From assembly GCA_016929655.1 (NCBI GenBank), contig JAFGIJ010000094.1, positions 1-53,637 of the forward strand: a stretch of 53,637 nucleotides of DNA. Direction: 5' to 3'. Source of the stretch: Clostridia bacterium. GTDB taxonomy: Bacteria; Bacillota; Clostridia; DUPQ01. The notes beneath the pieces were generated by a model. It worked only from the letters and a program-made list of their open reading frames with translations, was not told where the DNA came from and did no database searches. A program made the translations under genes and the position numbers. Positions 10,260 to 20,539 of the stretch are shown here, in pieces (positions within the stretch are counted from its first letter, which is position 1; each line of letters opens with the position of its first letter).

Positions 10260-12206
10260 CTATCCATCGTAACGGACTATTTGTTCAAAATCCTTTATGC
10301 TCAGGCTTGCTCCACCGACGAGGCCCCCGTCAATATTAGGCATATTGAATAATGCGCCTGCATTTGAAGGTTTGACACTGCCTCCATACTGGATGACAAT
10401 TTCCTTTGCTGCTTCCCTTGAAAATAATTTTTCAACCATATTGCGTATAATTCCACAGACCTCATCAGCCTGTTCATTTGTAGCTGTTTTTCCCGTACCA
10501 ATGGCCCAAATTGGTTCATAAGCTATTATAATCTTTTTAACCTGTTCTTCGGTCAACCCGTTCAAAGCAACTTTTATCTGAAATTTAATTCTTTCTTCTG
10601 TCACACCAAGTTCCCTATAGGCCAATGATTCTCCAACACACACAATCGGCACCATCCCATATTTCAATGCTGCATGCACTTTTTTATTTACAGAGTGACT
10701 GCTTTCACCAAAATATTCCCGTCTTTCGGAATGTCCAAGTATTACATACCTTATACCCATGTCAACAAGCATGACAGGCGAAATTTCACCTGTATATGCC
10801 CCTGCCTCCATCCAATGCATATTCTGTGCTGCTATTTCAATATTTGTTCCTGTTGATGCACGAAGAGCCTCCTGCAGTGCTACGTGGGGTACTGCACATA
10901 TTACCTTGTCCTCAACATCAGCTAACTTTTCTGCAAGTTCTGTAATGAATTCGCCTGTCTCGGATGGTGTCTTGTTCATTTTCCAGTTGCCTGCAATTAC
11001 CTTTTTCTTCGGTATTTTATCCATTAGAACATCAATTCCCGGTAAAATTTTGCCTTCCAGGAACTCAAGGGCTGCTCCACCACCGGTTGAAATATGAGTT
11101 ACTTTATCGGCATATCCCAGCAGTTCTATGGCGGCTGCACTGTCTCCTCCGCCTATAATGGAAATTGCATCCGCCATTGAAACGGCTTTTGCAATTTCTT
11201 CTGTTCCTTTTGCAAAGTTAGGAAACTCAAAGACACCCATTGGTCCGTTCCATATTATTGTCTTCGCTTTCATGATTGCCTTGGAATACCATTCTATTGT
11301 CTGTGATCCAATGTCGACACCCATCCAGCCGTCAGGCATCGCGTCTGAAGGAACATACTTGAATTCAGTGTCATTTTTAAACTCCTTGATAACTATGCTG
11401 CCGATTGGAAGCATTATTTCGACGCCTGCTTTTTCTGCCTTTTTCATCAGTTCTTTTGCAAGGGGAATTTTATCCTCTTCACATAGTGAACTTCCTATTT
11501 TATAACCCTTTGCCTTGAGGAATGTATATGCCATTCCACCGCCTATTATCAATGTATCAACTTTTTCAATAAGATTCTCAATGACCCCTATTTTATCGGA
11601 AACTTTTGCTCCGCCTAGTATTGCAACAAAAGGTCTGTCAGGCTTTTTTAATGCCTTACCCATAACATCGATTTCCTTTTGAATCAGGAAACCGCAGACG
11701 GCAGGAAGATAGTCTGCAAGACCTGCTGTAGAAGCATGGGCCCGGTGGGCTGTTCCGAAAGCATCATTTACAAATATTTCTGCAAGTGAGGCAAGTTTCC
11801 TGGCAAATTCAGGATCATTCTTAGTCTCCTCCTTGTAATATCTTACATTTTCAAGGAGCATAACCTGTCCATCCTTCAAATTGCCGGCTTTCTCAATTGA
11901 ATCTTCTCCGATGACATCCTTTGACATAATAACTTCCTGACCAAGAAGTTTGGAAAGTCTTTCTGCCGTTGGTCTGAGACTGTATTTTGGTTCAAACCCT
12001 TCCTTGGGCCTGCCAAGATGTGAAACGAGTATGGTCCTGGCACCATTTTCCACCAGATATTTGATTGTCGGCAAAGCACCACGTATTCTTTTGTCGTCGG
12101 TAATCCTACCTTCGTCATCCAGTGGCACATTGAAATCTACCCTGACAATGACTCTTTTCCCCTTGACCTCAATATCTTCTATAGTTCTTTTATTCAGCAT
12201 CGACAT
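10260..12206 (-). CDS. pgk/tpiA: Bifunctional phosphoglycerate kinase / triosephosphate isomerase (in-frame fusion)
   Basis: 648 aa. Residues 1-397 are PGK ([26 protein letters not shown]). Residues about 401-648 are TIM ([27 protein letters not shown]). There is no stop between the domains. GAGGTG lies 8 nt before the ATG. Confidence 0.9.
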   Translation of the reverse strand: MSMLNKRTIEDIEVKGKRVIVRVDFNVPLDDEGRITDDKRIRGALPTIKYLVENGARTILVSHLGRPKEGFEPKYSLRPTAERLSKLLGQEVIMSKDVIGEDSIEKAGNLKDGQVMLLENVRYYKEETKNDPEFARKLASLAEIFVNDAFGTAHRAHASTAGLADYLPAVCGFLIQKEIDVMGKALKKPDRPFVAILGGAKVSDKIGVIENLIEKVDTLIIGGGMAYTFLKAKGYKIGSSLCEEDKIPLAKELMKKAEKAGVEIMLPIGSIVIKEFKNDTEFKYVPSDAMPDGWMGVDIGSQTIEWYSKAIMKAKTIIWNGPMGVFEFPNFAKGTEEIAKAVSMADAISIIGGGDSAAAIELLGYADKVTHISTGGGAALEFLEGKILPGIDVLMDKIPKKKVIAGNWKMNKTPSETGEFITELAEKLADVEDKVICAVPHVALQEALRASTGTNIEIAAQNMHWMEAGAYTGEISPVMLVDMGIRYVILGHSERREYFGESSHSVNKKVHAALKYGMVPIVCVGESLAYRELGVTEERIKFQIKVALNGLTEEQVKKIIIAYEPIWAIGTGKTATNEQADEVCGIIRNMVEKLFSREAAKEIVIQYGGSVKPSNAGALFNMPNIDGGLVGGASLSIKDFEQIVRYDG

Positions 12207-12265
12207 ACCGTTTACACCTCTTGTTATTTATTCCTGAAATTCAATATTAAGCTTGGTCAATTAAA

Positions 12266-12290
12266 TCAAAGGCCCGTTTTACGTGCCTTT
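12266..12290 (-). promoter_or_regulatory. Intercistronic hairpin between gap and pgk/tpiA (partial terminator or processing/stability element)
   Basis: Minus strand: CAAAGGC ...11-nt loop... GCCTTTG, followed by ATTTAATTG. Confidence 0.4.
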
Positions 12291-12296
12291 GTTCAA

Positions 12297-13337
<1,041 letters not shown>

Positions 13338-13354
13338 TTATTAATATCATTAAT

Positions 13355-13383
13355 ATTTTACCTTAGTTCAATTGTATTTTCAA
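13355..13383 (-). promoter_or_regulatory. Sigma-A type promoter of the glycolytic operon
   Basis: Minus strand: TTGAAA (13383..13378), 17-nt spacer, TAAAAT (13360..13355). Confidence 0.55.
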
Positions 13384-13421
13384 TAAAAAACAACCAAGAT
13401 TTGTTAAATAATTATCAATGT

Positions 13422-14525
13422 TTATCCTGCTGTCACCAATCCAATCATCAGTCCGGGTAGTTTTTCCAGGATTTCAATTGAAATCCTTTCTGTGGTCTGA
13501 TGGACATTCTCCATTCCACAGCTTATTGTCAGTGCTTCAATACCTTTGTTGAATATAACATTGGTGTCACTGCCTCCTCCGCTGTGTTCAGGAACGAATT
13601 CTACCTTCATATCATCAAGTACCTTCCTGTATCTTTTCAAAACAGGCTGTTCATCTGAAACAGTGAAGGAGTTGTATTCCCTTTCCATATTGACTTCAAC
13701 GGATGCTCCGGCTTTTTCCGCAGAGTCTTTCAGAGCGGATACAATTATATCAGAGTATTTTTGGAGTTTTTCCAAGCTGCGGCTTCTTACTTCACCCTTG
13801 ACTTCAACCTTCTCACATACAATATTAAGAGCCTTCCCGCCTTTTATTGAACCAATGTTTGCCGTAGTCTCAAAATCAATTCTGCCAAGGGTCATGTTTG
13901 AAATCGCATCAGCAGCAACAGTTATTGCATTTATACCCTTTTCAGGTTCCATACCTGCATGGGCAGCGCGCCCTGTAATTACTGCTGAAAATGTATTGTG
14001 CGAAGGAGCACTTACAGTACCTTTGCCAATGTCTCCACCTGAATCAAGAACATATGCAAAATCAGCCTTTATTTGATCGGTATTCAGATGTCGTGCACCT
14101 ACAAGACCAATTTCTTCAGCAATTGTGAAAACCAGCCAAACATCGCCATGTGTGCCTTTGTAGTCATTTAAATTCTGCGCAAGATTCAGCATTGCAGCAA
14201 CACCTGAAAGATCATCAGAACCAAGAACAGTATCACCTGCGCTTTCAATGTACCCATCTCTTATCACCGGAATCTTTCCTTTGCATGGGTAAACCGAATC
14301 CATATGGGCCAGAAACATAACTGAATCTTTTGATGCTTCACCCTCGATTCTGCAGATTACATTCCCTGCCGATCCACCGGCTTTTTTGCCTGCTTCATCT
14401 TCAAATGGTTCATATCCAAGTTCCCTGAGCCTTTGTAAAATAAAGTCAGCCATAAACCTTTCATCAAGGCTTTCATTGTCTATCCTGACTAAATCCATGA
14501 ATTCTTCAACAATAGACTTATTCAT
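13422..14525 (-). CDS. M20/M25/M40 family metallopeptidase (PepT-like)
   Basis: 367 aa. FLAHMDSV, the SDD region and IAEEIG metal-ligand motifs. ATGA overlap with trmL. Confidence 0.75.
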   Translation of the reverse strand: MNKSIVEEFMDLVRIDNESLDERFMADFILQRLRELGYEPFEDEAGKKAGGSAGNVICRIEGEASKDSVMFLAHMDSVYPCKGKIPVIRDGYIESAGDTVLGSDDLSGVAAMLNLAQNLNDYKGTHGDVWLVFTIAEEIGLVGARHLNTDQIKADFAYVLDSGGDIGKGTVSAPSHNTFSAVITGRAAHAGMEPEKGINAITVAADAISNMTLGRIDFETTANIGSIKGGKALNIVCEKVEVKGEVRSRSLEKLQKYSDIIVSALKDSAEKAGASVEVNMEREYNSFTVSDEQPVLKRYRKVLDDMKVEFVPEHSGGGSDTNVIFNKGIEALTISCGMENVHQTTERISIEILEKLPGLMIGLVTAG

Positions 14526-15001
14526 ATGTCAAGTTCTCCTTTTTCTTCAAGATCACAGAATCCATTCTGTCTGAATGCTTCATAAAGAATTATTGCAACA
14601 GAGTTTGCAAGATTCAGGGATCTTATGTTTTTATTCATTGGAATCCTTATGCATTTCTCATAATTTTCCCTTAATATTCTTTCATCAAGGCCTTTTGTTT
14701 CCTTGCCGAAAATAAAGAAATCTCCTACATTGTATTCGCACTCGGCATAGGACCTGCCTGCCTTTGTAGTGCAATAATAAAAATTGCCACCTCTATTGAT
14801 TTCATGGAACTCATCCAGTGAGTCATAATATCGGACATCCACATAATCCCAGTAATCCAGACCGGCTCTTTTCATATATCTGTCAGATGTTGAAAATCCC
14901 AACGGGCGAACCAAATGAAGCACTGCACCAAGCCCTGCACAAGTTCTTGCGATATTTCCGGTATTCTGTGGTATTTCCGGTTCTACAAGTACAACATTCA
15001 T
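14522..15001 (-). CDS. trmL: tRNA (cytidine/uridine-2'-O)-methyltransferase TrmL (SpoU family)
   Basis: 159 aa. The N-terminus VVLVEPEIPQNTGNIARTC and the C-terminal LNLANSVAI knot motif. Confidence 0.85.
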   Translation of the reverse strand: MNVVLVEPEIPQNTGNIARTCAGLGAVLHLVRPLGFSTSDRYMKRAGLDYWDYVDVRYYDSLDEFHEINRGGNFYYCTTKAGRSYAECEYNVGDFFIFGKETKGLDERILRENYEKCIRIPMNKNIRSLNLANSVAIILYEAFRQNGFCDLEEKGELDI

Positions 15002-16146
15002 CTGGGTTTCCTTCCGAGTTTAAGTATTTTGATAATGATTGGTTCCTTGATTGATATGGCATGTTCAGGACATAATTCCTGACAGCAGAAACATCTGATA
15101 CAGCCTTTATAATCAAATGCAGGCTTCCTGTTGACCATTGTTATTACTTCTGCAGGACAGTTTTTTTTACAAACCGCACATCCGATACATATATCCTTAT
15201 TGACTAAAGGTCTGGATTTAAAGGATGTGAGTATTTTGCTGTTAAGCAGATTCCTCTTCCTGAATCCATTTCCTTTCCTGTAAGGAATATCGAAATCCAG
15301 GACTTTGAATTCATCTATGCTGTCGCCGACACATTCATAATCCAGTGGAATTCCCCTGTTCACTGCCTGTGATAATATATACGATTCGTCTATCTTCAGA
15401 TTAATAATGTCGTGAGCAGCCATATCTAGTGAAAAAGGACTTTCAGAGGCCAACAAAAGTCCGAGCTTTCTTGTCTTGCCTGCAGAGGGGCCGTTTCCTT
15501 CCATGGCTTCAACGGCATCCATTACTGTAAGATTTGGATCTGCAGAAATGCAAATGTCTATCATGTTTGATGCAAATGCATCATAATCAGGAACATTCAT
15601 GTGGTGGGTAGCTTTTTCAGTTCCTGCAATTGCTCCGAACATGTTTTTTACTGCCCCGGTATATGCCATCATACCGTGGGTCTTAAGTTTTGGAATGTTA
15701 ATTACAAAATCTGCTTCTACCAGAGGTTTCAGGATATTGAAACTTCTGGTCCTGCCATAGGCATCAACCGTAACATTAACAGTGGAAATGTCAAAATTCA
15801 TTTCAATACCATACCGGTTGCAGATTTCTGTAATTCCACATGCTTTATAAATTGCTTTTAAAGTTACTTTTGTGTAAGGACCTCCGGGACTTTCAACAAT
15901 AATCGGAGTTGCTCCGACTTCCTTTACAAGCCTGCCTACGGCACCGACGATCTCCGGGTGTGTGGTTGCACTGTTATCAGGACCCAAAGGCAAAAGAAGG
16001 TTGGGTTTCAAAGCCACAACCATTCCTTTTTTTATGAACCTTGAAATACCACCAAGGTCATCAAACAATGACCTGACGGCATCATAGACTTCATTGCTGT
16101 CATATGTGCTGCATGCACGCAGACTGACAATTTCCTTTTCCTTCAT
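14998..16146 (-). CDS. DUF362 domain protein with a C-terminal 2x[4Fe-4S] ferredoxin domain
   Basis: CIGCAVCKKNCP and CIRCFCCQELCP cluster motifs after a DUF362-like body. The ORF-track start at 16161 is a TTG. The first ATG is at 16146. Confidence 0.7.
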   Translation of the reverse strand: MKEKEIVSLRACSTYDSNEVYDAVRSLFDDLGGISRFIKKGMVVALKPNLLLPLGPDNSATTHPEIVGAVGRLVKEVGATPIIVESPGGPYTKVTLKAIYKACGITEICNRYGIEMNFDISTVNVTVDAYGRTRSFNILKPLVEADFVINIPKLKTHGMMAYTGAVKNMFGAIAGTEKATHHMNVPDYDAFASNMIDICISADPNLTVMDAVEAMEGNGPSAGKTRKLGLLLASESPFSLDMAAHDIINLKIDESYILSQAVNRGIPLDYECVGDSIDEFKVLDFDIPYRKGNGFRKRNLLNSKILTSFKSRPLVNKDICIGCAVCKKNCPAEVITMVNRKPAFDYKGCIRCFCCQELCPEHAISIKEPIIIKILKLGRKPR

Positions 16147-16150
16147 TTGC

Positions 16151-16351
16151 TCAGGCTTCAAAATAGTCGTTGAGTTCTTTTATCAATTTGTTTGGGTCAA
16201 GTCCATGTACTGCAGAAGCTTCCTCAATGGATTCACCTGATGCAGACGGGCATCCTATGCAATGAAGTCCATTCTTGAAAAAAATCTGTGCACAATCCGG
16301 ATCCATTCTCAAAACATCAATGATTATCATGTCCTTTGTTACCTTAGCCAT
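16151..16351 (-). CDS. DUF1858 / hybrid-cluster-protein-associated redox disulfide domain protein
   Basis: 66 aa. The HCIGCP motif and the overall pattern are typical of the family. Confidence 0.65.
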   Translation of the reverse strand: MAKVTKDMIIIDVLRMDPDCAQIFFKNGLHCIGCPSASGESIEEASAVHGLDPNKLIKELNDYFEA

Positions 16352-16402
16352 ATATATACCTCCAATTTGTATTGTTTATTTATACCCTTGACAAAGGGAA
16401 TT

Positions 16403-17620
16403 TCACATTTTCATCTTTGCTTCAAGTCTTTTGGCAATTTCATCAAGCAGGTCTTCAGAGTTTGCTACTACAACTTTGTCCGAATCAGACAAACTTGCCA
16501 TGTCACCGGTCATTATACCGGCTTCAATGGTTTCTCTGCTTGCTTCTTCAATTTTTTTGGCAAATTCAACCAGCTCAGAATTTCCATCAAGCATGCCTCG
16601 TTTACAAAGCGCTCCCGACCATGCAAAAATCGTTGCCATGCTATTTGTGGACGTTTTTTCTCCATTAAGATGCTTATAGTAATGTCTTGTTACAGTTCCA
16701 TGGGCCGCTTCATATTCATAACAACCTTCCGGTGATACAAGGACACTGGTCATCATTGAAAGGCTTCCAAATGCACGGGCTACCAGATCGGACATCACAT
16801 CTCCATCGTAGTTTTTACAAGCCCATACCATACCGCCCCTACCACTGATAATCCTTGCTATTACATCGTCTATCAAAGTATAGAAGTACTCAATTCCAGC
16901 AGCATCAAATTTATTTTTATATTCTTTTTCAAAGATTTCCTCGAAGATATCCTTGAATCTATGGTCATAAATCTTTGAAATTGTATCTTTTGTTGCAAAC
17001 CACAGATCCCTTTTTCTTTCAAGTGCATATCTGAAGCATGAATGTGCAAAGTGATTGATTGACTCCTCTGTATTGTGCATTCCCTGAATGATTCCACCCT
17101 TTTCAAACCCCTTGATGACCTTAGACTTTTTTATGCCCTTTTCAGATGTAAAAACCAGTTCTGCAATACCGGGTTCATCCACCTGTATTTCAACAGCAGA
17201 ATATACATCTCCATATGCATGTCTTGCAATTATTATTGATTCTTCCCATGTTCTTACATATGGTTTTATATTATTGACCATGATTGGTTCACGAAAAACT
17301 GTTCCATCAAGGATGGACCTTATTGTTCCATTTGGACTTTTCCACATTTCTTTAAGTTTATATTCTTCAACTCGTTGTGCGTTTGGTGTTATTGTTGCAC
17401 ATTTTACTCCGACACCATATTTTTTAATTGCATTTGCAGCATCGACAGTAACTTTGTCATCTGTCCTATCCCTGTTTTCAATGCCCAGATCATAATATTC
17501 AGTGTTCAGCTCAACATATGGAATCAGTAGTTTTTCTTTGATCATTGACCAAAGGACCCGGGTCATTTCATCCCCGTCCATTTCAACCAGTGGTGTTTTT
17601 ATTTGGATTTTTGACTGCAT
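16403..17620 (-). CDS. icd: NADP-dependent isocitrate dehydrogenase (eukaryote-like homodimeric type)
   Basis: 405 aa. The VEMDGDEMTR N-terminus, KCATITPN and NYDGDVMSD. GAGGGAAG SD upstream. Confidence 0.9.
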   Translation of the reverse strand: MQSKIQIKTPLVEMDGDEMTRVLWSMIKEKLLIPYVELNTEYYDLGIENRDRTDDKVTVDAANAIKKYGVGVKCATITPNAQRVEEYKLKEMWKSPNGTIRSILDGTVFREPIMVNNIKPYVRTWEESIIIARHAYGDVYSAVEIQVDEPGIAELVFTSEKGIKKSKVIKGFEKGGIIQGMHNTEESINHFAHSCFRYALERKRDLWFATKDTISKIYDHRFKDIFEEIFEKEYKNKFDAAGIEYFYTLIDDVIARIISGRGGMVWACKNYDGDVMSDLVARAFGSLSMMTSVLVSPEGCYEYEAAHGTVTRHYYKHLNGEKTSTNSMATIFAWSGALCKRGMLDGNSELVEFAKKIEEASRETIEAGIMTGDMASLSDSDKVVVANSEDLLDEIAKRLEAKMKM

Positions 17621-18194
17621 TATCTTCCCTCGCTGTTATATGTATTTTTCTGTATTGCCGCTTTCCGTCTTCATACAGGTTGTTTCCATTGCAGTCTATT
17701 ATAACAATTGCCGGGAAATCTTCAACATATAATTTGCGAAGCGCTTCAGGCCCCAGTTCCGGATATGATACTATTTCCTGACTTATGATGCTTCTGGAAA
17801 GAAGTGCCGCAGCGCCTCCGGTTGCAGCCATATAAGCACATCCATTTTTGACAATCGAATCAATTACCTCTGAGCTTCTATTTCCTTTTCCTATCATGAA
17901 ATACAAACCATTTTCTAAAAGCAACGGCGTAAATTTATCCATTCTTCCACTGGTTGTGGGTCCGGCAGGACCGATTATTTTGCCCGGTGGTGCAGGGGCT
18001 GGACCTGAATAATAGATAGCCTGACCTTCCGGTTCAAATGGAAACTTACCTTTTGTCATGAACTCATCAGTCATCCTGGCATGTGCAGCATCCCTTGCCA
18101 TATATAGAGTACCTGTAATCAAAACAGATTCACCTGACTTAAGCGAAGTTACATCTTTCCTTGTCCATGGATACACCAGACGCTTTTCATTCAT
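17583..18194 (-). CDS. Class I (Fe-S) fumarate hydratase, beta subunit / C-terminal domain
   Basis: GTLYMARDAAH and GPTTSGRMD motifs. The ATG at 18194 forms an ATGA overlap with the alpha subunit stop. The 3' tail overlaps the icd start by 38 nt. Confidence 0.8.
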   Translation of the reverse strand: MNEKRLVYPWTRKDVTSLKSGESVLITGTLYMARDAAHARMTDEFMTKGKFPFEPEGQAIYYSGPAPAPPGKIIGPAGPTTSGRMDKFTPLLLENGLYFMIGKGNRSSEVIDSIVKNGCAYMAATGGAAALLSRSIISQEIVSYPELGPEALRKLYVEDFPAIVIIDCNGNNLYEDGKRQYRKIHITAREDNAVKNPNKNTTG

Positions 18195-19033
18195 ATTACA
18201 GTCTCCTTGTGTCTCATGGCATGGCAGCAAATATTAACTGCTACTGGCAATCCAGCAATATGTGTTGGATAAGATTCCACGAATACATCAAAGACAGTAA
18301 CAGTCCCCCCTGTTCCGGTTGCACCTATTCCGGTTTGATTCAATAGATCTATGAGTTGTAACTCGAGTTCAGCATCTTTTTTAATAGTGCTCCTATATCC
18401 TGGGTTCCGAAGCAAAGCTTTCTTTGATAATAACATGGCTTTTTCGGCAGTTCCCCCAAGCCCTATCCCAATGAACAAAGGAGGGCATGCATTGGGTCCG
18501 GCTTTTTCAACTGTATCCAATATAAAATTTCTTACACCTTCAATTCCATCAGAAGGTTTCAGCATTGCAAAGGCACTCATATTTTCACTGCCGAAGCCCT
18601 TTGGCATAACAGTTATCTCAACTTTATCCCCATCAATAAATTCAAAATGAATGACCGCAGGCGTATTCGTCCCTGTGTTAATCCTTTCAAGCGGGTGAGA
18701 AACTACAGACTTTCTCAGCCAACCTTTCTCATATCCAAGGGCAACGCCTTCATTTATCATATCCTCAATTGGTTTTCCGGTTAAAAATACTTCTCTGCCT
18801 ATCTTTAGGAAAACAACCACCATTCCAGTGTCCTGACATGAAGGCACATTATTGCTGGCGGCATAATTCGCATTTTCGATAAGCTGTCCAAGAATTTGTT
18901 TCGCAAGGGGACTTTCTTCTATTTTCAGTGCATCATAATAACATCGTACTATATTCTCCGGAATTTTGTACGATGCCTCTATGCACATTTTTTCAACTGC
19001 ATTTTTTATTATATCTGTATTTAATATTCTCAT
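18191..19033 (-). CDS. Class I (Fe-S) fumarate hydratase, alpha subunit / N-terminal domain
   Basis: CQDTG and the GIGLGGTAE region. The ORF-track start at 19045 is a TTG. The first ATG is at 19033 (MRILNTD). Confidence 0.8.
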   Translation of the reverse strand: MRILNTDIIKNAVEKMCIEASYKIPENIVRCYYDALKIEESPLAKQILGQLIENANYAASNNVPSCQDTGMVVVFLKIGREVFLTGKPIEDMINEGVALGYEKGWLRKSVVSHPLERINTGTNTPAVIHFEFIDGDKVEITVMPKGFGSENMSAFAMLKPSDGIEGVRNFILDTVEKAGPNACPPLFIGIGLGGTAEKAMLLSKKALLRNPGYRSTIKKDAELELQLIDLLNQTGIGATGTGGTVTVFDVFVESYPTHIAGLPVAVNICCHAMRHKETVI

Positions 19034-19035
19034 TT

Positions 19036-19068
19036 CAATAAACAAGGGGTCCTTAAAAAAGGACCCCC
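19036..19068 (-). terminator. Intrinsic terminator after hup
   Basis: Minus strand: GGGGTCCTT TTTT AAGGACCCC (9 bp), followed by TTGTTTATT. Confidence 0.7.
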
Positions 19069-19075
19069 GAAAAAA

Positions 19076-19351
19076 TTATTTGTTTACTATATCCTTCAGT
19101 GCTTTTCCTGCTTTGAAAACAGGTGCCTTTGAAGCCGCAATTTTAATTTTTTCCATTGTGGATGGATTGATGCCTTCCCTTGCTGGTCTTTCCTTGACGC
19201 TGAATGTACCGAAACCTACCAATGAAACCTTGTCACCAGCAACCATTGCTTCTATCAATGCTTCTGTGAATGCATTGCAAGCACTTTCAGCATCTTTACG
19301 GGAAAGTCCGGTCTTGTTGGCAACTGCTCCTACTAATTCCGATTTTTTCAT
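19076..19351 (-). CDS. hup: HU family DNA-binding protein
   Basis: 91 aa. GFGTFSVKERPAREGINP is the HU arm signature. Confidence 0.9.
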   Translation of the reverse strand: MKKSELVGAVANKTGLSRKDAESACNAFTEALIEAMVAGDKVSLVGFGTFSVKERPAREGINPSTMEKIKIAASKAPVFKAGKALKDIVNK

Positions 19352-19378
19352 GATTCTACCTCCATAATTTATATACTG

Positions 19379-19407
19379 ATTTTATATCTTTGTTGTTTTA
19401 TAGTCAA
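19379..19407 (-). promoter_or_regulatory. Sigma-A type promoter for hup
   Basis: Minus strand: TTGACT (19407..19402), 17-nt spacer, TAAAAT (19384..19379). GGAGG SD downstream. Confidence 0.55.
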
Positions 19408-19411
19408 GTAA

Positions 19412-20539
19412 CTAACATTTACCTGGCTGTGGCCCGAAAAACTGATAATAGGTACACCTTATGGTTCCGTTGTATATTTTTCTTTTTTTACTGGCACGAC
19501 ACCCACTGTTTTTTTCAAAACCGTCATCATCTGTGAGAATATATTTGGACCATGTATCAAACTCTTTCATTTTGGTTCCAAGGTTCTTGTATAAACTGAT
19601 TATTTCACTTTTATCCGACAATCTCAGCCCATAGGGAGGATTGGCAATCATTATTCCATACTCCCCTCTTTTCTGAATGTTTTTAAAATCTGAAACAACA
19701 AACTCAGAGGATCCCGACACACCTGCCTGCATTGCATGTTTTTTTGCAATTTCTATATTATCCTTGGAAATATCACTTCCGAATAACAATATTTCTTTAA
19801 CCTGTTTTTCTTTTTCTCTGGCTTCCTCTTTTAATCTGCCAGAAATTATCTCATTCTCTCCTGTCCAGGATTCAAAAGAAAACACTCGGTTTATTCCAGG
19901 AGCTATATTCCCGGCAATCATTGCTGCTTCAATGATAAATGTTCCTGATCCGCAGAATGGGTCCATCAGAACTCTTCCAGGCTTCCAGTAGGATATCTGA
20001 AGAAGCGCCGAAGCAATTGTTTCTTTCAACGGTGCTTCAACATTCAATGTTCTGTAACCCCTTTTATGAAGTCCGGTTCCTGTTGTATCAAGGCAGACTG
20101 AAACAATGTCATTATGTATGAAAACTTCTATTTGAAATGTTTTTCCGTTTTCTTCAATCCGGTTTATTCCATATGATTTTTTTAATTTTTCAACAATTGC
20201 TTTTTTAGTTATACTCTGGCAGTCCCTTGTGCTGAAAAGTTTGGAATCAATGCTTGAAGATCGAACTGGAATTTCTGCATCGGCAGGGAGTAAGGCTTTC
20301 CAGTCAATTGAAAAAATCCCATCAAAAAGCATATCAAAATCAGTTGCCCTGAAACTTCCGGTTTCAATATAGATTCTTTCAGCCGTTCTAAGCCACAGAT
20401 TGCAGCGTGCAACGTCAGTGAGGTCTCCTTCAATGGATACTCTTCCATTGCTGACCCTAGGTGAACTATACCCCAAAGCAAGAAGTTCCTTGACAACTAC
20501 AGATTCAATTCCGAAAATGCATATAATAACAATTTTCAT
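19412..20539 (-). CDS. THUMP-domain class I SAM-dependent RNA methyltransferase (RlmL/YpsC-like)
   Basis: 375 aa. DPFCGSGTF (SAM motif I) and IANPPYG (motif IV) after a THUMP-like N-terminal half. Confidence 0.8.
   Translation of the reverse strand: MKIVIICIFGIESVVVKELLALGYSSPRVSNGRVSIEGDLTDVARCNLWLRTAERIYIETGSFRATDFDMLFDGIFSIDWKALLPADAEIPVRSSSIDSKLFSTRDCQSITKKAIVEKLKKSYGINRIEENGKTFQIEVFIHNDIVSVCLDTTGTGLHKRGYRTLNVEAPLKETIASALLQISYWKPGRVLMDPFCGSGTFIIEAAMIAGNIAPGINRVFSFESWTGENEIISGRLKEEAREKEKQVKEILLFGSDISKDNIEIAKKHAMQAGVSGSSEFVVSDFKNIQKRGEYGIMIANPPYGLRLSDKSEIISLYKNLGTKMKEFDTWSKYILTDDDGFEKNSGCRASKKRKIYNGTIRCTYYQFFGPQPGKC

Noticed and set aside
10997-11010. Possible programmed frameshift or slippage site (AAG AAA AAG GTA A) at the PGK-TIM junction. 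A TAA lies in the +1 frame that could yield free PGK.
   Set aside because: The A-run is only five bases. The zero-frame context does not fit an X XXY YYZ heptamer. I see no downstream stimulatory structure. The out-of-frame TAA may well be coincidental in AT-rich DNA.
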